A stretch of 55,304 nucleotides of DNA from a bacterium (GTDB lineage: Bacteria > Arandabacterota > Arandabacteria > Arandabacterales > JALGWA01): NCBI GenBank assembly GCA_050125095.1, contig JASFEA010000003.1:1-55304 (forward strand). The letters are read 5' to 3'. The notes beneath the pieces are model-generated. The model saw only the letters and a list, made by a program, of their open reading frames with translations, was not told the DNA's origin and ran no database searches. This document shows, one piece after another, positions 9,711 to 16,404 of the stretch (its first letter is position 1; each line of letters begins with the position of its first letter). The position numbers and the translations under genes are program-made.

Positions 9711-9766
9711 AAACAAAAATAGGGAACCTAGCTCCAGCCTCGCTATGAGACCAGAGACAGGTTCCC
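9711..9766 (-). terminator. terminator/attenuator-like hairpin plus U-run immediately upstream of the small-peptide RBS
   Basis: Minus strand GGGAACCT-N29-AGGTTCCC (9766-9759 pairs with 9729-9722), followed by TATTTTTGTTTT and then the RBS. Confidence 0.45.
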
Positions 9767-9804
9767 GCGCTTTAAAGCAGTCCGCCCAAATCGCGAACAT
9801 AACG

Positions 9805-9833
9805 ATTAACTCATAAATCGCCCTCCGGGTCAA
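9805..9833 (-). promoter_or_regulatory. candidate sigma70 promoter TTGACC-N17-GTTAAT for the small-peptide/activator operon
   Basis: Minus strand -35 at 9833-9828 and -10 at 9810-9805; lies upstream of the hairpin at 9722-9766. Confidence 0.35.
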
Positions 9834-9896
9834 GCCAAAACCCTAGCACGTTTTTGCTCCGCGGGACGGGAGGCCCGGTCCAGGCCCCGCTGCGCG

Positions 9897-10328
9897 CTAC
9901 CTTAAGATCCGGAGCCCCTCGGCGGAGCACTCGGCGACCTTGTTCTCGTCGTTATCCACGATTGTAAGCGAGCCCGCGTCCGGGTCGCCTCCCGCCTGCA
10001 CGCGCACGCCTTCGTAGGCGGCCCACAGGGTGGCGACAAGGTCCTTCTTGGAAGCAATGCTGCGGTTGTACCAGTCGGTGGCGCTGATCATGAGCGTCCA
10101 GTCCTCGAACTCTCCGTCGAATGAGGTCCGGGTGAAGACACCCAGCTTCCAGGCCGTGGGCAAAAGCCTTGCATGGTAGAGCGAGTCAAAAGCGGCGATG
10201 AATTGCTTCTGCTCTTCGCGCGCCCTCTGTTTCTCGGCCCGCTCCACCTCCCAATCGGATGAGGCATAGTAGGTGAATAGCCAGTACACGACGGCAAGGA
10301 AGACAATGCAGACAATGCCAACCCACAT
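9897..10328 (-). CDS. hypothetical membrane-anchored protein
   Basis: I start it at ATG 10328 (MWVGIVCIVFLAVVYWLFTYY = one TM helix); a TTG at about 10352 behind AGGAGGAGGA is an alternative. The track start 10460 would overlap mntP. No recognisable family. Confidence 0.45.
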   Translation of the reverse strand: MWVGIVCIVFLAVVYWLFTYYASSDWEVERAEKQRAREEQKQFIAAFDSLYHARLLPTAWKLGVFTRTSFDGEFEDWTLMISATDWYNRSIASKKDLVATLWAAYEGVRVQAGGDPDAGSLTIVDNDENKVAECSAEGLRILR

Positions 10329-10440
10329 CAGGACGCGGAAACGGCTGTCCAAGTCCTCCTCCTGTTCCGATACGCAGCCTCTCCCGAGTGGTTTAGCATG
10401 AGGCGGCGCCGGGGCGCAAGGGCGAAATCGCCCGCCTCCC

Positions 10441-10986
10441 CTACGCCCTGATGCCTGCAATGAGCATTATTGCAGCCAGGCCGATGAGGATGAGTCCTCC
10501 GATTCTCTCCGCCAGGGCCGTGCGCGAGGCGAGCAAGGCGCCACCGGCGAAACCGGCGGCGCTCATTGCAGTTGAGATGACTCCGATCATAAGCGCGGCA
10601 GCCGGCGACACGGCGTCGGCTATTCCCATGGCGACTCCCGCTCCCAGCGCGTCGAGGCTCACGCTGACGGCCGCGCCAACAAGCGCGACTACGCCCGGCG
10701 AACGGCTGCGCCTTCCCCCGCCATCCTGGCGGCTGAAGACCATCATGAGGCCCACGCCGCAGAGTATTGCCGGAGGGGCGAAGCGGAGCGGCGATTGGAC
10801 GATATGCGTGAGGCCCGCACCCCCGGCCATCCCCGCAAGGGCCAGTCCGGCCTGGAAGAGGCCGAAAAGAAGGCAGGTGGCCAGTATCACTCTCGCCGGC
10901 GGCCGCGTTGTGGAAATCCCGGCGGAGACCGCCAGGCAGTCTATGCCGAGAGCTATACCTACGCCGACGATCTCGTGAAGTCCCAA
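10441..10986 (-). CDS. mntP: manganese efflux pump MntP family
   Basis: IALGIDCLAVS and SVSLDALGAG are the duplicated MntP/DUF204 half-motifs. I start at TTG 10986 because the track start (TTG 11073) sits in the loop of the upstream terminator hairpin. Confidence 0.7.
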   Translation of the reverse strand: MGLHEIVGVGIALGIDCLAVSAGISTTRPPARVILATCLLFGLFQAGLALAGMAGGAGLTHIVQSPLRFAPPAILCGVGLMMVFSRQDGGGRRSRSPGVVALVGAAVSVSLDALGAGVAMGIADAVSPAAALMIGVISTAMSAAGFAGGALLASRTALAERIGGLILIGLAAIMLIAGIRA

Positions 10987-11021
10987 TAGAAATCCCGCCC
11001 CGTCAGGGTTCTCAAGAAAGC

Positions 11022-11051
11022 ATCCTAATGCAGCGCCTGTACGGCGGTCAA
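11022..11051 (-). promoter_or_regulatory. candidate sigma70 promoter TTGACC-N18-TAGGAT for mntP
   Basis: Minus strand -35 at 11051-11046 and -10 at 11027-11022, directly after the terminator U-run. Confidence 0.3.
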
Positions 11052-11085
11052 ATGAAAACCCCCGCCCCCTCAAGGGGGGCAGGGG
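11051..11085 (-). terminator. rho-independent terminator after the 757-aa secreted protein gene
   Basis: Minus strand CCCCUGCCCCC-(C)UUGA-GGGGGCGGGG (11 bp, one G-U pair) followed by GTTTTCATTT. Confidence 0.7.
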
Positions 11086-11104
11086 TATGCCATCGCCACG
11101 GGGA

Positions 11105-13378
11105 CTACCTTACGAGGATCGCTTTCCTCGTAGTCTGGAAGTCGCGCGATTCAAACCTGTAGAAATAGAGCCCCGCCGGGAGCTTCTCGCCGCGGGAGGT
11201 CCTGCCGTCCCATTCGACGACGTTCTCGCCCTCCGCGGCCAGTCCTTCGTAGAGGTTCGCCACCATCCTGCCGGATATGTCGAACACCCGGATGCGCACG
11301 TAAGACTTGCTCGTGAGCGTGAACATGATGTTGGTCGCGCCCGTGAACGGGTTGGGCGAGTTGGAGAGCCGCAGCACGCGTCCGCTGTCATGCGGCACTC
11401 CGGTGTGTGTGGAGTCCGCGGTGAAGGTCCTGACGTCGCTGTCGCCGTAGAGACCATTGTACTTGTTATGCGTCTGGTACCATCCATGTGCATACCACTT
11501 GACGGTCTCTCCCTGCTTGGCGTAAAGCTGCGCGTCGAACACGGCCGTGGGTACGGGGCAGTTGCCCACTATGCCGTCATCCCTTACATAGCTGCCCTCG
11601 ATGCTGTAGGCCGTAGGGCTGGTCTTGGGATCCGTGCCGTCATGCGTGTAAATGAACCTGATCTCCGACCCGTAGCCTCTCGGCGAAATCGAGGCGTTGA
11701 CCATGAGCGACTGCGAGTCCTCGGCGAGATTGCAGAGCAAGGGGCCCGAAGTGGTGCCGGCCGTGCATGTCTGCACCGCGCTCTCGCCGTAGGAGTTGTC
11801 GCTGCCGCGGGCCTCTATGTACCACTTGATTGTGTTCCCGACATCTGCGGTCAGGTAGGCGCCCAGGCTGTCCGTCGAGTCCGTGGACGCTATGAAGTAG
11901 CCGACCGCCGTGTGGGCCGTGCCGCTGGTCTTGGGATCCGTGCCGTCGGTAGTCCAGATGAAGTCGGCATTCGAGCCGTATCCTGACGGGCCCACCTCCG
12001 CGGTCACGTAGTTGGAATCCGGATTACATGTCAGGTTGTAATAGTCGGCGGTGTCGCCCTGTTCGAAAGTGAAGAAGGTGTCGCTCTGGGCGTAATTGTC
12101 ATGCATGTCCTCGCCGTAGGCGAACCAGTTGACCGTGGTCCCCGTGGGAACCATGTCGAGCACCGCGTAGAATTTGTCGTTGTTGCCCAGCTTCGCATCG
12201 AATGTACCGTCGATGGTCTGCACCGTGCCGCTGGTCATGGGGTCGGAGCCGTCCGTCGTGTAGTCGAACTTCACCCACGAGGTTGTGCCTTCATCGCCCT
12301 CGTAGATCTCGGCCCAGATGGTGCAGTCGGTGGGCGTAGAGCCCTCGTTTCCAACCCACGCCGTGCCGCCCTGAACAAAAGACTGAACGGCGTCGCTCCA
12401 GTCGATGATACCTGTCTTGGAGACGCCCTTGGCGATCCACTTGACCGTCGACTCGTCCGGCGCCGAGGAGAATATGGCGTAGAACGTATCCGTCGTATCG
12501 CCACCCACCCTGCAGGTGTCATATGTGCCTGCCACGAAGGCGCTGTTGGAGTCCGGGTCGGAGCCGTCGACCGTGTAGTAGAATGTCATTTGCGTCGTGG
12601 AGCCGCAGTTGCCGGGCGTGATGTCGGCCAGGCCCGTACAAGTGTGGGCGAAGCTTCTCTCGTTATCGACCGTCGCCGAAGGAGGCGCCGGCTCGACGGG
12701 AAGCGAATTCGGAGCCACATTCTGGCCCGTGTCGCGCGTGACGAAGAAATAAGTCATCGCCTGGGGCGTCGCCCCGATGGGATTGGCCTTGGGGAATGAT
12801 GCGACGACGCTGTTCTGGTCCTCGTCGGTAATCCAGGAGCAGACTGCTATGCTGTCGGCATCGACAACCAGGCTTTCCGGTATGCACAGCTCCGACACCA
12901 GATTGCCGTCCCAGCCCCCGTAACTGCAGGCGTCAGACCAGCCCTGGAACACCCACTGGGCGCCGTCCCAGATGCTGTACTCGTACCAGCCGAAGCCGCC
13001 CGAGCGGTAGTAGATCACGTCGGGAAGGAACTTGCCCGAGAAGGTGACATGGGAATAACCGTCGGAAGTCGCGCCCGAGCCGGGCGTGAGGTCGACGTCG
13101 TAAGCTATGAACCAGTCATAGTCCCCGTCTTCCTGGTCGGCATAAGTACCCTGGATGGCATTGAAGAAAGTCGTGTCGTCCCAGGTGAGATGAAAGTCGG
13201 TTCCACCATCGGTCTCTATGAGCTCATCGCTTTCCCACTCCGTTCCACCGAGCTGCGGCGTAGCGTTTTCGATTACGCCGTCGGTGGTCGTGGGTGTGGT
13301 GTAGGTCAGGGCCGCCGCCAGGGCCGGCATCAGCACGAGGCACAGGCCCGCGATGAGCAACCTGCTTGCTCTTCTCAT
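11105..13378 (-). CDS. secreted multidomain protein: signal peptide, CBM9/DOMON-like N-domain (tentative), four tandem ~100-aa modules, FlgD-Ig/T9SS-type C-terminal domain
   Basis: MRRASRLLIAGLCLVLMPALAAA signal peptide. FHLTWDDTTFF resembles CBM9-like domains. The F-x-Y-T-x-D-G-[ST]-D-P motif occurs four times. C-terminus SPNPFTGATNIMFTL...VEWDGRTSRGEKLPAGLYFYRF...RKAILVR. Confidence 0.8.
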   Translation of the reverse strand: MRRASRLLIAGLCLVLMPALAAALTYTTPTTTDGVIENATPQLGGTEWESDELIETDGGTDFHLTWDDTTFFNAIQGTYADQEDGDYDWFIAYDVDLTPGSGATSDGYSHVTFSGKFLPDVIYYRSGGFGWYEYSIWDGAQWVFQGWSDACSYGGWDGNLVSELCIPESLVVDADSIAVCSWITDEDQNSVVASFPKANPIGATPQAMTYFFVTRDTGQNVAPNSLPVEPAPPSATVDNERSFAHTCTGLADITPGNCGSTTQMTFYYTVDGSDPDSNSAFVAGTYDTCRVGGDTTDTFYAIFSSAPDESTVKWIAKGVSKTGIIDWSDAVQSFVQGGTAWVGNEGSTPTDCTIWAEIYEGDEGTTSWVKFDYTTDGSDPMTSGTVQTIDGTFDAKLGNNDKFYAVLDMVPTGTTVNWFAYGEDMHDNYAQSDTFFTFEQGDTADYYNLTCNPDSNYVTAEVGPSGYGSNADFIWTTDGTDPKTSGTAHTAVGYFIASTDSTDSLGAYLTADVGNTIKWYIEARGSDNSYGESAVQTCTAGTTSGPLLCNLAEDSQSLMVNASISPRGYGSEIRFIYTHDGTDPKTSPTAYSIEGSYVRDDGIVGNCPVPTAVFDAQLYAKQGETVKWYAHGWYQTHNKYNGLYGDSDVRTFTADSTHTGVPHDSGRVLRLSNSPNPFTGATNIMFTLTSKSYVRIRVFDISGRMVANLYEGLAAEGENVVEWDGRTSRGEKLPAGLYFYRFESRDFQTTRKAILVR
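11414..12646 (-). repeat. four tandem protein-level repeats (~102-105 aa period) inside the 757-aa protein
   Basis: FYYTVDGSDP (aa 266), FDYTTDGSDP (371), FIWTTDGTDP (473) and FIYTHDGTDP (575). Each is followed ~40 aa later by [VI][KN]W[IFY]. This resembles chitobiase/hexosaminidase C-terminal-type Ig-like modules. Confidence 0.7.
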
Positions 13379-13552
13379 CCTACTCCTCCTTCTCCCGAAA
13401 ACAGATTGTGGCTCCCGCCCCTGCGCCGGGCAAGGAGTCCATTTCTCACGTCACTTGATATCATTTTTATTATCCCTGATATTGCGGCATCACCCCCTGC
13501 TCAAACCGACGTATTCTGAGATTGGGACAGATATACTTTCCCGGGTAGCTTC

Positions 13553-13581
13553 ATTATATCACACAAAAACCGCCAAGTCAA
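13553..13581 (-). promoter_or_regulatory. consensus sigma70 promoter TTGACT-N17-TATAAT with TG extension
   Basis: Minus strand TTGACT (13581-13576), 17-nt spacer ending in TGA, then TATAAT (13558-13553). The -35 overlaps the stop codon of the upstream barrel gene. Predicts a ~165-nt leader before ATG 13378. Confidence 0.6.
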
Positions 13582-14525
13582 TTTGGGCTTGTTCCGGTGA
13601 AGGTCACCCCGAAACGGTGGATGGCGTCCAGGGGGCTCGAGTCCTCGTATGTGTAGTCGAGCCAGAACTTGCCGAACCTGACCCCGAATCCGGCGGTGAG
13701 GCCCCTCAGCCATGAGAACCCGGCCTGGCTGTCGGAGTTCTCGCCCACGCGCCTGCGGTACCCCGCGCGCACCCGGAAGTCTTCAGAGATGAGCCCGATG
13801 ACGCCGCTCCTGACCTCCCTTACGCCCCGCTGGCCGATATAATACGAAACACCGCCCGAAAACGGCGTGCCGCCCGAACCCGCAAGCGAGAAGCCCGCCT
13901 CCAAGCCCGCCGGCGATCCCCCGCCGTCCCCATCCTGGGCTATAATCATATTGCGTCCGACGGCGCTAACGTAGGCCGACAGGCCGCGGGCACCGCCGCC
14001 ATATAAACGAAAAGCCCCGCCGACATCAGCCAGCACTCCTGTCCTGAAATCGGCATCCAGCTGCTCCCTGGCGAACTTGAGGCCTGCACCCGCTGAAAGT
14101 CTATCATGCAGCCTCATGCCCGCCGCAAAACCGCCCATAAGTTCGCCAAAAGTGAATGTCTCGCCTTCTCCGCCCGTGGGGTCGTTGAAGTCGGTCCGCG
14201 TGACCTGTCCGGTTGAGAGATAGGAAATATAGACGTCATATGACCAACCCCGCCCGGTTGGGGCTCCAAACCCGGCCAGGCCGCCTTTGAGGGACGTCAG
14301 GTAGTCCATATATCCTCCAGCCACCTCTACCCGATCGAGATAGCCCAACCCCGCCGGATTCCACCAGAAGTCGTTCAGTTCCGGCACCTCGCTCACATAT
14401 GCCTGCGTGGGCGCCGCCCCGGGCAGCATGCCGATATTGGCGGCTGAGAATGACGAAGACCAGCATGCTGACGGAAAGGCGGCAATCACGAGAATTCCCA
14501 GTATGCGCAAATCTGGATTTCGCAT
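13578..14525 (-). CDS. PorV/PorQ-like outer-membrane beta-barrel protein
   Basis: I start at ATG 14525 (MRNPDLRILGILVIAAFPSA, SD GAGAGG). WWNPAGLGYLDRVEVAGGYMDYL resembles the NPAGLA-containing N-terminal strand region of PorV/PorQ/FadL-like barrels. Alternating Gly/aromatic strands run to the C-terminus. Confidence 0.55.
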   Translation of the reverse strand: MRNPDLRILGILVIAAFPSACWSSSFSAANIGMLPGAAPTQAYVSEVPELNDFWWNPAGLGYLDRVEVAGGYMDYLTSLKGGLAGFGAPTGRGWSYDVYISYLSTGQVTRTDFNDPTGGEGETFTFGELMGGFAAGMRLHDRLSAGAGLKFAREQLDADFRTGVLADVGGAFRLYGGGARGLSAYVSAVGRNMIIAQDGDGGGSPAGLEAGFSLAGSGGTPFSGGVSYYIGQRGVREVRSGVIGLISEDFRVRAGYRRRVGENSDSQAGFSWLRGLTAGFGVRFGKFWLDYTYEDSSPLDAIHRFGVTFTGTSPN

Positions 14526-14674
14526 TGAGCTTACCTCTCGTCCACCCTTTACATATATATAAATCACCGGGCGCACAATACTGTTTTTTGGCCCCCAGCC
14601 CGGAGACCGGCCACGCGGGAAAAATGCACGTCCGGCTACGGGAATTTGCCAGAAACCTGCAACAATTTAATTCG

Positions 14675-14703
14675 TTGACTGGGTTCTATGCATGTGATAT
14701 ACT
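14675..14703 (+). promoter_or_regulatory. near-consensus sigma70 promoter TTGACT-N17-TATACT
   Basis: TTGACT at 14675-14680, 17-nt spacer, TATACT at 14698-14703. Predicts a ~115-nt leader before ATG 14824. Confidence 0.6.
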
Positions 14704-14823
14704 GTATCCAGTAAAATAAGGGGGTGGTGCCGGGCTCATAATATGGCTAAGGTCGACCACGGCTGTGGTCTCTTGCAGTGAGCGCGAGTGTCTTCATAAC
14801 TTCTCATGGAAGGAGAGAAGCCT

Positions 14824-15474
14824 ATGAATAAAGTTATAGCATGCGCAATTGTTATTGCCGTTGCGTTTCCCGCTTCGGCGTTGGCGGGAATGTTGTTTTT
14901 CGGCTGGCAAATGACGGGCACCATAATGGACTCGCCGGCGCAATACAGCGGGTCCCTGACATGGGGTGCAGTGGGGACATTTGGATTCCAGCTCGATGAC
15001 ACCGGCTGGCCGGATCCATCGGGACAGGTGGCAAGGTGGGACTATATATTCAACACCTACTTCGCCGGCAATTACGACAACTCCACACCTGGTGCTTACA
15101 ACTGGAAGGGCGAGATCGACGGCACGTATGAACTCGTTTTCACCGACGCGCCGCCGGATTTCAACGGTTCCGTTTCAGGGGAGTTCCGCCCGGAGATCAC
15201 TCTCAGGGACATCGACGAGGACGGCATTTTCGATCCCTTCGAGAGAGAGGGTGAAAACCTGATCAACGGCAGTTTCACGATTTCCTGCGGAGCGGGCACC
15301 GGTGAGCTCGAATGCCAGCGCGGATCGGGCTCTATGCAGGACAATTACATGTCCTTCCCGTATCTTCCGGCGACGGATACAATGACCAACGGTAGTGGCA
15401 GCGTGATCCTGAGTGCGTGCCCTTCGGCTGCCGAGCAGTCGTCCTGGGGCAGTATCAAGGCGCTATACAGGTAA
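14824..15474 (+). CDS. secreted protein of unknown family, paralog 1 (EF-hand loop, C-terminal SWGSIKALYR)
   Basis: Start at ATG 14824 behind AAGGAGAG. Signal peptide MNKVIACAIVIAVAFPASALA. DDTGWPDP...RWDY; DIDEDGIFDPFE at 15208-15243; ends SSWGSIKALYR. Confidence 0.7.
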   Translation: MNKVIACAIVIAVAFPASALAGMLFFGWQMTGTIMDSPAQYSGSLTWGAVGTFGFQLDDTGWPDPSGQVARWDYIFNTYFAGNYDNSTPGAYNWKGEIDGTYELVFTDAPPDFNGSVSGEFRPEITLRDIDEDGIFDPFEREGENLINGSFTISCGAGTGELECQRGSGSMQDNYMSFPYLPATDTMTNGSGSVILSACPSAAEQSSWGSIKALYR

Positions 15475-15582
15475 CCAGACGACAGCAAAGTCAAAAGACT
15501 CAAGTCAGAAGGGAGGTGTCGCCGCCACCGAATATATATGTCTTGATGTCACTCACTTTAAGGGAATCATGGAGGGTAGGAA

Positions 15583-16227
15583 ATGATGAAAAGGCTAGTG
15601 TTGGTTTTCGCCGCTTGTCTGCTTATTGCAGGTGTTGCTCATGCTGAGCGGACCGTGAACTTCTTCTCCCAGGGTACCGGCAATATGGTCGCGGATGTCG
15701 GCAACGTGATTTACGGCGGCCAGATCGTGGGCGGTGATCTCGCTCCCGGTATCTGGTACATCGATATTGATGACACAGGTTGGCCCGTTGACCCGGGCCC
15801 GAGATGGGACTACCTCTGGACCACGTTCTATATTTATTCGCCGGGCACGCCCAGCGTGTGGACGGCTACCTTCGACGCGCCTCTTCTGGCGTCCCGTCCG
15901 GTTCTCTATATTGAGCATACGGGCGTGGGCAGCATGTCAGGCGTCGCGGATATGCGTTTCCAGGTCACTGACTGGGACGACGATGGCGTGCTTGATCCGG
16001 ACGAGTGCGACGGCGACGGTCTCACCGGTATAGTCATCATTATTGAGGATGGAACGGGCGATTACGCTGATCAGTGCGGTGATGGCACCTATCAGGGTGG
16101 TTACACCAGAGACTGCGAAACCTGGGACGATTTCGTCCAGTTCCAGTGGAGTATCGACCTGTACGAGTGCGGCATGGCTACCGAGCCGGCCAGTTGGGGA
16201 GCCATTAAGTCTCTCTACAACCAGTAG
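15583..16227 (+). CDS. secreted protein of unknown family, paralog 2 (EF-hand loop, C-terminal SWGAIKSLYNQ)
   Basis: SD GGAGGGTAGG. Signal peptide MMKRLVLVFAACLLIAGVAHA. DDTGWPVDPGPRWDY; DWDDDGVLDPDE at 15970-16005; ends ASWGAIKSLYNQ. Confidence 0.75.
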   Translation: MMKRLVLVFAACLLIAGVAHAERTVNFFSQGTGNMVADVGNVIYGGQIVGGDLAPGIWYIDIDDTGWPVDPGPRWDYLWTTFYIYSPGTPSVWTATFDAPLLASRPVLYIEHTGVGSMSGVADMRFQVTDWDDDGVLDPDECDGDGLTGIVIIIEDGTGDYADQCGDGTYQGGYTRDCETWDDFVQFQWSIDLYECGMATEPASWGAIKSLYNQ

Positions 16228-16404
16228 AATTCAGACTGAGCCGACAGAGCCAGCGAGAGCTGTTTATGCAGTTGCCGGGACGCTAGTGACGCTCGTTGCA
16301 GGCGAGTATTGAATTACAGAATTAAATAAAGATCCGCACTTGACAACAGTGAGACGGCAACGGGGTTTGCTTTGTCGGCGGACTCCAACAGGAGAAGTGC
16401 GGGA

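Noticed and set aside
9842-9858. Sigma54-like sequence TAGCACG-TTT-TTGCT on the plus strand.
   Set aside because: The essential -24 GG is AG, and the spacing between the -24 and -12 elements is one nt short. It also points into the 3' end of a convergent gene with nothing downstream to transcribe.
10987-11050. Looked for a yybP-ykoY manganese riboswitch upstream of mntP, a common arrangement.
   Set aside because: Only ~65 nt lie between the upstream terminator and the mntP start. I could not find the conserved GGGGAGUAG-type core. The region seems to contain only a candidate promoter.
16340-16345. Perfect TTGACA hexamer 60 nt upstream of the C25 start as a possible promoter.
   Set aside because: No acceptable -10 element lies 16-18 nt downstream (GGGTTT, GGTTTG). 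The C25 gene is more likely co-transcribed with the paralogs or uses a promoter I cannot read.
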